The translations under genes and the position numbers were made by a program. A DNA stretch of 64,000 nucleotides. Source: Trichoplax adhaerens (lineage: Eukaryota > Animalia > Placozoa). The DNA lies in NCBI RefSeq assembly GCF_000150275.1, contig NW_002060949.1:2787836-2851835 (forward strand). Reading direction: 5' to 3'. The notes below the pieces were generated by a model. It was given only the letters and a program-made list of their open reading frames with translations. It ran no database searches and was not told the DNA's origin. Positions 1 through 12,979 of this stretch are shown here, piece by piece. Each line of letters begins with the position of its first letter. The first letter of the stretch is position 1.

Positions 1-136
1 ATATAATTTAAACTTTTTTATACAAATTATTATACGGATTTCATCAATGAATATCGTGTTACATATGCATCAATTCTGCAATCGAATTGCATAGTGAATC
101 CTATAGCAGCATTTGATAATGATTATATCAACTTAC

Positions 137-3100
137 CGTGGACAATGTCTTCGAATTGATATCGTCTAGAATAGCATTACATAAAAGATAAATACAATTT
201 AAATTTCTCATTCATCAAGTAGTCATAAACCCAAGCAAGATACTTTGTAGCTTCAGAAATAATGATGAAATGATTATCAAGTATGAAGATTTTTGGTCTA
301 TACAGCACCTTAATGTTTTTAATATAGATTATGATGCTATCAGCACTTTAACAATTACCTGATGAAAAATAATCACTAGGAGCTACTTTTGCTCGGCTAC
401 GAGAACCTAGGTTCTTCTGTTTATTTCGCTTCATAGTCTAATTTTGAGAAAGTCGTACATAAAAATAAGATAACTATTATAATTAATTAGTTTATCCAAA
501 GTTAATAAAAATTTTGTTTAGTAATTAAATTTATTAGACAGCCTTAATACAGAAAATGTGTACATATTGATGCTGTTAAAATAATTTTGAATTAAAACCT
601 TCAACGGTGATCCTGAGCTGCTGGACTCATAACTAAATTTATTCGATTGGCGTGCTAATTTCGATTTAATCTGTAAAGAGTTCAATTATAGTTTTATAGA
701 GGGTATTTTTTAAGCTATTAAATTGATAGGAAGTAATGTTAACCTCTGAATTGAAGCAGCAGTGAAAGAGGAAAAAGAAAAATCCCTGTGAAATAACAAG
801 AAAATACCGCGTTAGTTCAAAATAGGAATAATTTGCTCTTACATGTACGTTTCTTATCTACATTAGATACTAGCTAATGTATAAGTACGAAACTTAGCTA
901 CTTTACCTGCAAGCCGTTAAAGATCACAAAGATGTAACTAAAGACAATAGTATTACTATCCACTGATAACAGACCAAATAGCCAAGTCAGACCCAATAAA
1001 GGTAAAAGAACAGTAACTGCTCTGAGGCTAGATCTACGAATACGAAAGATATTGCTTAGTTATGATAAAAACTTTATGTTGTGGACTTTTATTTAAATTG
1101 TCTAGATACATAAACGAAGACTAGTAATAAATGAAGCCTTACTTGAAGCTTTTCCAGTGGCCTTGGTTCTTTTGAACAATTTGAAACTTAGCCTTACCAA
1201 CAACAATTCTCACCACAGTAGCCAATATCAATGTATTTATCTTTAGAAGGTAAGTAAGTAAAAATCAGATTCTAAAAGCACACGCTATTGCAGAAAGAAT
1301 AACTCTGAAATTGCTATCATAATAATATGTTTTCATTAAAGCGACATAATTCAAGTAGAATATAGCAGACTTACTGAAATTATGACTATAGCTGGGGCAA
1401 CAAATGCCCAAATCAATCCGTTTTTGACGGATAACCAACACCTAGACAAGAGAAGAATATAGACATTATTACTACGAAAATAAGTAAACCATTCATTTCA
1501 TAAATAACATTAATTTAAATGAGGCGCATGTCGAATTGTACTTTCTCTATATTCTGTAGTATCGCAATATCATTTAACTTACACGCTATTTGTTCCGTAA
1601 TCTTGATGTCTAACAGCAACAGATATAATGGTAATGATAAGTGGAATACCTATTAGAGGATAATACAAGCATCTATTTTAATAAATGACTTAGTTAGTAC
1701 TTCTATATACTCTTCTAAGATTAAAACTGTTAAATTTTGTTACTGATTTTTAATCACAAGGGTATTTGTTTTAAAGAATAAAATATCATTAAGATCTCTC
1801 TGCATGTTCGTATATAAATTTATATGCTTACCCCATCCAAGAGAGTAATATATAATTGTTTTAGATTTGGTCTCAAATACTGTTACTATTTGGAAGTAAA
1901 GATGTATGCCTTCAACTAACATCCATGAAAAGATCGCAAGAAAGAAAAAGTGTTGATAGATAGCTAAAAATTTGCATGGCACCTATAGAGAGAATTCATT
2001 CATGATTATTATAACAAGATTCGGCTACCTTACTAACTCTTCACGAAATATGATACGACATAGCAAAAGATATTTTATTACACTAAGGGTTATTTTTCAT
2101 CCTATTACGAATTAATTTAAATAATTACCGGCCAAAGCTTTACAGCATCACCCAACAGCAAGCCAATTTGTGCCAAAAGTAATGAGATCCCTAAATTCAT
2201 ATGAATTTGATATCGATCGCTAGTCAATCTATTACAGCCGATATCAGTAATAGAATAGAAAAAGCAATGCATTAGCGCAAAATAAGATGCAGCTATCATG
2301 GTTTTATCCCAGGATAACAAAAATCTATACAAATTTTTTTTGAAGTAAAATATAACGAATTACGAATATTTAAAAATTTAATTTAATATTACACTTTATT
2401 TTATAGCAACAATACAAAAGTAAAGTAGCCTTCATTATAATAAATAGATAACTAAATTATCTTATAAATGATCATGCAAGAAATTCTTACAACAATCGCT
2501 TGCAAAATATTATACATACCTAAGCATAAGAAACACTACAATAGATGCCAACGTTCCAAAGATAGATAGTGAACAAACTACGTACGTTATAATGGTTAGA
2601 ATTCTTGCGTGATCTTGAGAAATCTATTTTTTAAACCATGTTTAAAATATTTTTCAGCAATCGCTTAATTTCTCGGACGTAATTATTCAAAATAAATTAT
2701 AGCCTAAGCCAAATCACTTCTGATCAAAACACTAACCGGTGTATCAGTAACTCTCATCAAGATCGCAAAATGAGTAAGATGGACACATTTGCATTGCGTA
2801 TGCGTTGAATTCGTAGTAATAATCTCACAACCTTCGTTCGACCAGGAACTGTGATAAAACAATTAGAAAACATAAAAAATATGTACTGAAATGATTCTGC
2901 TTTACAAATACAGCATGTTGTCCACTACCTTGTGGTAAAGTTCCAAAATGCACATGTTGGTTTATAACTAGCTGATAAATTCGTCTGAAATAGAACAAAT
3001 AACAGGGTACTCTTAGTTTGATCATCTTCAAATATATAATTTCAGTGCTTTTCAACAAATTAAGTATGGATAATAAGGTCTAGTGCGTTTCGTATGCATC

Positions 3101-6100
3101 GAAGATTCACTGTTTCAGTAAATGGATAGACCTTATCTGTAGCGAATTTCTGTTGTTTTACCTGAGTATGGGTTAGCATAAAAGTAAATGGTTTGTCGGA
3201 AGTAAGGTATGGCGCAGGGGTCATAGAGCACGATATAAGATATGAGTTCACAATTTCAACTCTACTGTTTGTCCTAAAAAAGTAGATTATAATTAAATGA
3301 TAAAAAATTTTTAATTTTTGAATCAACTTCAATGGTACACCCATAAAACTATTTTTGCCATTATTTTTAATCTTACAAAACTTTATTAGAATAATTTACC
3401 TATTAGTTGCTGAACCATTTGAATTGGGTAAGTATTGTAAAGTAGGATAAATTCCTCCAATGACGGTTACGCTACCTAAATGTTGAATCATAATATTTTA
3501 GTTTACGCGCATACGTTGCTTATGGTCATAATAGCGTCAACAATAATTTTACTAGATTTACGAATCTAATAACTTCATTCATTGGAATGTGATTTTCAAG
3601 ATAGATATATTCATGATCTAAACAGAAACCTTTGGCTTGATCTGCTGCAGTTGAAGGGAGCACAAAGTAATTGTCATTGCGCTGCTCTGCCGATAATCTG
3701 AATCCGCCCCCTTGATGTAATGCGGTAGCATTACTCTTCTGGATTTTAACTCGGATCTCTGACGAATTATAAACGAACGACTGGCCATTTTGTAAATTCT
3801 TACCCACTTCTTGAGAAATATCATCAGTAAGTTTTAGCATTACACTGGTAGCTGCAAATCTCTAAACAAATTGCATTTGAAGTAAATTAACAATTTATGA
3901 GTGTTTGCTTTTTAAGTTTAACTAAAAACTGTCACATTTCATATTTGAATTCCTACTATAGTTTAAGATCATCCGTCAACAATGTCAAGAGTCGTAATGA
4001 AATCAAATACTTATCAACATTTCATCTTGTAATATATTAAAAGATAATGCTCATACCTTGCTTGCATTATGCCAGGCAGAAACCGTGTTTGCAGATGTCA
4101 TAGAGCCTAATACTTTATAAAATCCCTATACAGAAGAAATTTAATTTGCGGATCGATATTACAATAAATTCATTACGAGTTCGGTTTTGATTACTATATC
4201 GTCATTTCCTTAATAGTAGGCCTTCTAAACAAGCTATTTAGTCAATCTTACATTGAAAAATTTCACTTTCTTTTCGAGTGTAACATGAGTAACGTTGACA
4301 TTCCTTTGCATTCGTATCAATGCATCTTTAGAAGCTACAAGATCACCGCCATTGACAAGGCTACCGTTGAAAGCAGTGTTTAACCTGGATAAAACATTGG
4401 TAGCAGCGCTAACATTGTGCAATGTCGCAGTCGATTGAATCTAAATTGTTGATATGATATTATCATTAATAATTGCTTAATATATTGCCATGTAATCTGA
4501 GACAACATCGAATTTAAAGATAAACAGTGGCAATGCAGAAATCTACTTAGAGCTAACAAAAATTAACTTACACTCAGGTAAAGAGATTGAAAATTTTGTG
4601 ATAACTCGTCCTTTTGGATTTCAGTGACCGTAGGTTCGACAGTAGCTATATGATTGTCGAATGCAACGTGAGTAAAACAGGTTAATTTTTTAATCAAAAT
4701 TCAACTTAGATTTATGATTTATGGCAAGCCAAATTGTTAACCTACCAATATTTCCATTTGTAGTGGCAATAGTTGTTGCTGGTGAAGTTGTTACTAATGA
4801 ATTGATAATTTAGAACGATAAATTTCAGTAACAAATTCAGGAAGTAATCATCATTCTTCAGTTTGATGATTTAAAATAAACTACGTGCTTTAAAAAATTT
4901 TCATGCCCTACCCTTTGCATTTATCGTTACTTTAGCAGTAGATGATGTCGTCTGTACTTTTACTGTTGTCCTTTCTGTAGTTGGTGCTTCGGTAGTTGAT
5001 TTCGTTGTCGCTATAATTTAGAATGAAATGTCATCGACAATCTCCAACTTAGAATGGTAAAATACATTTGAAATCCATAACTAATAATAAGGATTTCCGT
5101 TCTATTTACTGGCTTACCTTTTGGCGTAGTTATAGTTGTCATTGGTAGTGTAGTTGCAGTTGTTGGAGCATTTGTTGTAGCTGCAATTCATCGTGAAATA
5201 TTATTAATAAATTTTAAATTGAAACCGTACAATACAGTTGCAATCTTTAACTAATAGCAAATCTTTCCGTTCTATTTATTCACTTACTTTGCGCCGTAGT
5301 TTTGGTTGTGGTGGGCAATTCAGTTGCAGTTGTTGGTGTATTTGTTGCACTTGTTGGTGTACTTACGCTTGTTGATGGTTTTTGTGTGGTGGAAGAGACA
5401 GTCTTAGTGGTTGCCATTTTTTGTGTAGTTAACACCACTACTTTTTCCGTAGTAGGGCGGGGTGGCAATGTTGTAGTTTCTCTCGCAGTCGCTATAAAAA
5501 AGTTTGATGGTGTGCAATATTTAAAACACTGTCGATCAAGTTGATATCATATACAACAAGTGAGCAATTTAGCATCAATTATACCTCTTGTAGGACCTTG
5601 AGTAGTACTTGTAGTTTTGATTGCCAATGTCTGAACTTGGCGAGTTGCAGTGGTAGCTAATAATATAGTCAAAATCAGCATTAACGCTATGTATATAGAT
5701 TATGGTTAGTAAATATCGCCTGCTTTCTTCTACGCTAGCTAGTATAGTAATCGTGGCGGCTTAAGTCCAAGACATAAAGTACAATATATGATATTCTTAC
5801 CTTTATTTGACTCTGTTGTAGATCGAGTAGGAACTGTTTTGGGTTGCTGCGTTGTAATTATTGTTGCCTGATGTGTTCCACGAGTCGAAACAGCTGTATT
5901 AGATCGGGTAGCTTCAGTAGAAGGGATTGGAGTCGAATTTGTATTTGGGCTACGAGTTCTTGTAGGAATATTGGCTTGTGTTGTCGGGATCAAATTGGTA
6001 GTAACAGTATGATTAGGAGGTTTTGTAGTTGGTAAATGCATGATATCTGTAGGATTGGACGACGTTTTTGCAATCGAACTTGTACTAGTATCTGAAGTAG

Positions 6101-9100
6101 ACTGTATCGTTTTTGTAGCAAATTTTGACGGTGTTGTTGGCGTATTTGTCGTAGGTTGTTTAGCATCTGTTTTAACATTTGTTGCAGTAGCAGAATTTGT
6201 AGCTTGAGTCTGCGTTGATTGAGAATTCATTGTAGTTGCCATGGTGTTTGTATTAACATTTGTTGCTGTAGCAGAATTTGTAGCTTGTGTCTGCGTTGAT
6301 TGAGAATTCGTTGTAGTTTGCATGGTATTAGCATTTGTTGTTGAAGCAGAATTTGTAGCTCGTGTCTGTGTTGAATGAGAATTTGTTGTAGTTTGCATGG
6401 TATGAGCAATCATTACTGTAGCAGAATTTGTAGCTTGTGTCTGCGTTGATTGAGAATTCGTTGTAGTTTGCATGGTATTAGCAATCGTTACTAAAGCGGA
6501 ATTTGTAGCTTGTGTCTGTGTTGATTGAGAATTTGTTGTAGGTTGCATAGTAACTTTATTAGTATTGGATGATGTAGCTGTATTTGAATTTGCTGTGTTT
6601 TGTGTTTGCGTTGGTTGAGAATTCGTCGTAGATTGTACAGTAACTGTCTTAGTGTCAGCTGTTGCTTCAGTTGATAAACTTGCACTTTGTGTCTGTGCTG
6701 ATTGGGAACTTGTTGCAGGTTGTATCGTATCCGTAGTGGAACTTACTCCATCATCTGTAGAATGTTCTGTAGTAGCTTGAATAATGAATAAAAATTAGAT
6801 TAACAAATAAAATGTTACTGATTGATTCCTTTCTTCTTACTGTAAAATCCTAATACATTTTCAACCTGATCGATTATAAACTGATACGATGTATACTTAG
6901 CCATGAGCTAGCCCTTCTAATAGCCCATAACTTAGCTTACAATGGAAGAATTAGTTCAAAATTAATCAATACGTAATATCAAAGTTTAAGCTGAGTGAAG
7001 TAACCAGGTCGATGTACAAACTAAATAGGGCATATGTATACTCTATGACTCTCCAATATCAAGAAAGAATGAGTAGATCAGATTCTGTAAGCACAAAATA
7101 AATCTGTCATTTTGCCTAAAATAATTCATTCATGAGTAAAGATAAATTACTGAAGCTACAGTTATCGTTGAGTAAGCTCCACAAACTGAGATTATGCTGA
7201 TAAAATAACTTTCGCACTTTTAATCAATCTCATCTATATTTGCTTAGATCAACTAATAACTTCATTTTAGCGCAAATACCTTGTACGGAAGGACTTGGGC
7301 TTACAGTAGCATTGCCCGTACCTTTCAGGAACTCTAGATAGGATAACGATAAGAGTTAAAATTGAAAGGGACAAATTATTCCGAAATGGCAACAACATCA
7401 TTCAAGTTTAATATCTTATTGTACATACCTAACAATACATCCTTCTTAACCTGGCATATTCGAAGGTGATCTTCAGCACAATCTCGATGATACCAAAGCC
7501 ATTGACCAGGTCGGTATATATCAGAAATAATCACGCATTGCTGTTCTGTCTGCGTTGGATCACCAACTCCCCAGTTGTTAAAACTGTTACTGGACGAATT
7601 ATCAACTATCCACTTAAATTTCTCCAGTTTTGGATTGCTATAATAATTACGTAACCCGATCCAATATTCATGTATAGTATTTAAAGTTGGCACAATTGTT
7701 AGTGTCTTTCCTAATGTATCCAATTTGGCCAATATTCCACCAAAGTTTTTACACGCCGCAAGCGCTTTAAAAAAATTTAATTTTGAGTCTTTGAAACCTT
7801 TATAGCAAAGGCCATCCATTTCGACCCAATCCGCTGGGCATACTTCCTCTAAAAGGGATGAAAAGAAAAAGATTTAAAATTTAGTAAAATGCCAACGCTA
7901 AATGCTAATTGTAACTAACGATTACATACCGATACCAGCGGTGGCCGATGAATTATGGATAAAGCACAAATAGTGGAACTGGAATAAGATAGAGCAAGAA
8001 TAACTCATCAATTGAGTAATAAATTATATACTACTAAGGCAACTTTGTGATATTATACAATTAAAAATTGTAGTGGTTAATCACTGTTTATCACGATGAA
8101 AAAAAGTGGATTTTGAACGTATCGTGATATCTATAATCTATTTATCATCAGGGAATAGAATAATGACATCGATAGAAAACCACAATACAAATATCTCATA
8201 AATTTTTTTATTCTCGTATTGTATACTATTATATTAATATTCTCGCACTTATTTAATATATTAATAATTGTCTTCTTGATTAAGCTTATTAGCTATTTGT
8301 ATTAGTAGGAAAATGCTCTTCATTAAAGTACAGTACGTATACACCAATAATGGTATATTTCTAAAAATTCGGTGGCTATGCGACAAGAGTTCTGAACGAG
8401 GTTCAGTATGACATTTTAATTTCTTGCCTATAACAACCGTATTTAACTTCAAAGGCGCGATATCAATTCTAATACTGTAGCTATATCGTTACTCATTTTT
8501 CAATTTCAATACTACAAATTTATGTCTTTGGCTGTCAGGTCTACTGAGTGAGTGAGAAGTTTGGCAAATATTTGATTTCGCTGAGGCAACAATTACAAGC
8601 CATACCAAACTATGCATATTAATGCTTTGACTCATAAAAAAAACAATTGAAAATTCATCCAATTTACATAAATTTTTCGTGCGTAGACGATAGGATGAAT
8701 TACTCAAATGACGCTATCAATCGAAGTGCTGTAATTTTGCTTCCGGAAAGAGTGATTTAAGTTAAATACTACTATTACCTTTATAAATAATGATGTCAAT
8801 CGAATATTACTCATGAAATTTTATCTTTGTAAACGTTTAATTCCTCTAGTACAAAAGTCATAACTAATGATATAATAAAGTGTGTTGAGAGCCTGACAAT
8901 GAAGAAAAATGATTAAGAACCTATTTTATATTTTTTAATATTATCTATTCTTCGATACGATTAGTAGGATATATTTCGTAAAAGTACATAGTTACTTAAA
9001 CGACGAGATCAATAACTTACTGAAGTATACTACTACAAATGTCAAAGCTACAGTGACAATTCATAAAACTAATTAATTTCTCACTTGGGGTGCTAAAATA

Positions 9101-10398
9101 ATGATTCATGAACTAATACTTGGCTAGCAGGAACAATGCATCGTTATAGAAAACATTATAGCCAAATTACGGTACACAGTAACAATTACTAAATTTGCAA
9201 TATCTAGATTACATAAAATCTAAATTTTAAAACTCTATGTTCAAAATAAAATCTATTTATGCTAGATTATCATTAGTCTATATCATCAACATATTATTAA
9301 CTCTATAAACTATTATGTAAAAACAAAACGCTTTAGAATGCAGAGACTAATATCCTTGGACAGTAATTAAAAATAGTGTAGTGATAGCTTTAACGTTATA
9401 TTTTGGAATAAAAACTGTTTGTCATTCCTTTCTGGCATTGATTAAATTATCGTAATACGATATCGAAAAAGTAATTTCAGTCTTTTTATTATAATTCTCA
9501 TCGCAACAGTGAAAAAGTGAATCAACCGATAGAACATGAAGTCCATTTCTATTCGTTCGAAATTTAAAAATTATCTAATCTGTCTTTCTAATTGAATTAT
9601 AGTGATTGAAAATGTATATGGTTCTAATGAGTAGATAACCAACTTTACTGCTATCTCTACAATAGCAGGTAGCGATTTAAATCAAACGTTGTCATAGATT
9701 TAAAGTCGTAATTTTTATAACAACTTAGCTATTTACTATCATCGATCTAATTACGCGGTAGCAGAGAAAGTCTTGTTCAACTTGAATCACGGTAGCCTTT
9801 AATACCCCAGTAATTCTAAATTTTCAATTACTGAGTACAGAAGATTAATGAAAAAGCGCCTTATTTAAACTAGTATTTTAATTAATCAGCTAAAGTAGTA
9901 GCCAATGTATCGTGCAACTTGTTGCATATCGGCGCTAATTTATTACGATTGATTTCAGAACAAACTGTTCCTATAGCATACATTTAATAGTAAAATTTTA
10001 GCCTATTAATTGGAGATAACATTCGCACGGTTAATAATTACAGTATTGTATTCGTAATCTTGATTTTTATTTCAATCTTCACTAATTCTACAAGTGTTTC
10101 GGGCAGATTAATCTAACAGTAGGATATCGTCTACTGCGATTCAAGAGTAGAAGAGTTATAATAATAAGCTAACAATGATCACAGTCATTGTCATGAAGTG
10201 CCATACATTAGCGGGCATTAAAAAAATAATGTTCGATAACTAGAACTTGGTTACCATTACACTAATCAAGTGAAATACGGTTAAAAAAAATTAAAATAAG
10301 AGTAAAAATGAAGCTAACTGTAGCTAAATAAATTCATGTGTGATCAATACCGATTTAAAACTATCTCTTACCAGTACGATTAAAAATAGAGACTTCAT
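137..10398 (-). CDS. Adhesion GPCR 1 (ADGRD/GPR133-like 7TM) with signal peptide, C-type lectin domain, Thr-rich mucin stalk and GAIN/GPS; multi-exon, 3' end runs off the window
   Basis: Manual GT-AG exon chain with consistent phases. Exon 1 10372-10398 is MKSLFLIVL, followed by ~7930-7978 [16 protein letters not shown]. The CTL exon 7429-7848 reads CPADW..CYK..YWIGL..NW..C..WYHRDC..ICQ. Stalk exons lie at ~4570-7336 and GAIN exons at ~2927-4440. The GPS exon ~2736-2848 reads [21 protein letters not shown]. 7TM exons include [60 protein letters not shown] and [19 protein letters not shown]. The last visible exon is 137-165 ([10 protein letters not shown]). Exon 1 is inferred from paralogy. 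Confidence 0.93.
6165..6735 (-). repeat. Coding tandem repeat: about 7 copies of a 75-90 bp unit (25-30 aa, [19 protein letters not shown]...) in the aGPCR1 mucin exon
   Basis: The gagaatt anchor recurs at 6221, 6302, 6377, 6452, 6527, 6617 and, degenerately, 6704. Spacings are 81, 75, 75, 75, 90 and 87, all multiples of 3. Confidence 0.92.
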
Positions 10399-12979
10399 CT
10401 TGCCAACTCCATTTTTAACGATGATTACAAGAAAGAACGACGTGACTTATCGACCACTGATCGTAAAATTAAGTACACTGGCGAATTTTTCAACTACAGA
10501 ATAGTAATAAGTAGTGTAAACAGCCAAGCACAGAATTGTTGAAGGTTTTAACATTGTAATCATTCGGAGATAATTTATGTTCTATCTTGCTATTGGTTCA
10601 ATGATACCGCTATTTAATGAAAGATGTGAATGATTTTATTATTTTGCATTCGATTGATCGCCATTAGATCAAAAGAATAATAAACTCAAAGACCTTTTGT
10701 TTAATGATAATTTAATGTAGTTACATAAGAATAATGGTTTAGATAATTGATTCCACCCAACTCGGTCACAAACAACTTGACCTAGAGAAATATGTATAAC
10801 CCCATTAAATTCTAGTATGTGGTATGTGGTATTCCAATTCTCCAAGAATTACTCTCAGGGATATGCATTAATTAATTATAATGATAATCAGAGTTAACAT
10901 GATGTTGCAATCAGCTCTATAGCAATCATTAATTTGTATAATAGCTGTTTAATATTTGTGCAACATTTAGTTATATTTTTCTTTTATTTCCAATGTAGTT
11001 TCGGCGTCATTTATTTTTCACTTTATTTCGTTTTAAATTGAAATTTTCTAATGAAAAGACACTGAAACCCTATAACTATTAAATTTAAGATATAAAAGTT
11101 AGCAGCGATTTAACTACCGCAACTCACAAATAAATCAAAAGCGGCACGTCTACTTTAGGGCTTACATATTGTATTTGCATATTGTATTTTTAATGACCAC
11201 TAGCAAAACTCTAAATACAGAAAATTGCTATCGCAAATAGTGTACAGTCAGGCCTCGTTAAGATCAAAAATTAATAATCAAATCCCGAATAGTTCACATA
11301 CCTAATGGAATAGGTAATAAAATGATTGAAATAGAAAACAACTTGTAAAAAAAAATGAAGTAAAATAATGCATAAAAGATATTTCGTACAGAAATACGGA
11401 CAATAGCGTAAGTACTTGTAATTCAATTCTCAAGTTGTTGAGTAATAAACAATTATAAAATTACGCTTTTATGATTTTTAATACTTCCCTGACGTGATAG
11501 TGTCTTGTACTCAGAATGCTATTACTTATCAGTTTTGTTTACGAGGGATGTATAGTATTCGCTTATTTATGCGCCTAACAGTCGTAATCGTTGTATGAAA
11601 TACAATAGCCTATGCTATTCATGGATAGATTAAAAAAAGTAGCCTAAAGAAATTATTATTAAATGAATCCTTGTCACTCACAGCAGGAAGTATGTATATC
11701 TGTAGATAAAACCTAGGCCATTCTTAACGACAGTGACAAGAGAGACAGAATTGTTCCTGAGATTATGAAGAGCCAAGATTTACGTCATCATAACGTCAAA
11801 GTATTCAGCAGATGATTGTATCTACGGCAATAATGGCTTTTAATCATAAAATACTAAGTGCCAAGAAGTACCTTCTATAGAATGTGAACAATCCCTGAAT
11901 GTGTATAGTCCTCTAAGAAAGATTTGAACGCAGGAATTTACCACTGTCGCTATATTATCATCTTTTACCCGATTGAATTGTTTGAATGAGCCTGAATTCT
12001 GTTTCATGCTACACCTCATGTCAGTATTACGATGTACGCTTTTCCTTTAACTTTTATCATTTCATGTATTGACAATTTAAAATTTTACTGCATCAATCAT
12101 TCTAACTGGATTACTGCAGTAGTATTAAGTACCGTGTCAGCTAACCATACTAACATACAAACCCTGTATTGATCCCATAATTGTAGAGTATATTACTTAA
12201 TCACTCCACGGTACTTACGCAGCATTCTAAATACATACAGTATCCTAGCTAACTTGATTCAATGTAACAGTTGCCATGATAAATAAATAAAGCACGTGCA
12301 ATGGCAGATCCCAGAAGGTATGTAAATCATATAACGCAAATTGAACAATGAAAGCAGATAGCGTTTCAATTGTCAACATCCGAACAAAAGTTTAAAGTGA
12401 AAACACATTTACTCTGATACTAACGATGACAGAGTACTGTCATGTATGCTATATTGTATATAATAGTGTAGTCACTTACATAAAATGATTTGAAATATTG
12501 GAAAAAATTCTTATAATCATATAAAACTAGAGCATTTCAGCGAAGGGTAGATAATCTTCAATTTCTAATCAAATAACAATATAAATAATAATGCATATAA
12601 AATATAGGACATTAAAAAAATATTCATATGAGAAGATCATTAGAAAAGATCTGCAAATGGATATTAAACTAAAGTATTTAGTCATATGATTATCATATGC
12701 CATGATCGGTTAAAATTTACCTGAATCTTAATTGCCATTTCGGCTATACAAGAAGTATCGAACCAATAGTATGGCTTATATGCAAGTCTATAATCAATCT
12801 ATCGACACCATTTGAATGTCGTCACATTTGAACTTAATCCGTATAGCTAATCAAAATTAATACTACTCTTCATCCTTTAACTGTTTTTACCAAATACTAC
12901 TGCTGGCAAATATAGTCTGATCATTAATGGGCTTTATCAAGTGTCCCCTAAATTTCAATGTCAGATCAAATCAACATAT

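Noticed and set aside
5302-5544. Val-rich plus-strand ORFs (also 28646-28933)
   Set aside because: They are antisense shadows of Thr-rich mucin exons.
8489-8707. ORF containing [14 protein letters not shown] as the aGPCR1 signal peptide
   Set aside because: No convincing in-phase donor. The 10372-10398 micro-exon fits better and has a paralogous counterpart.
12270-12283. X-box-like GTTGCCATGATAAA upstream of aGPCR1 (also near-matches at ~52190 and ~53618)
   Set aside because: Each has mismatches in the conserved terminal positions, and the TSS is unknown.
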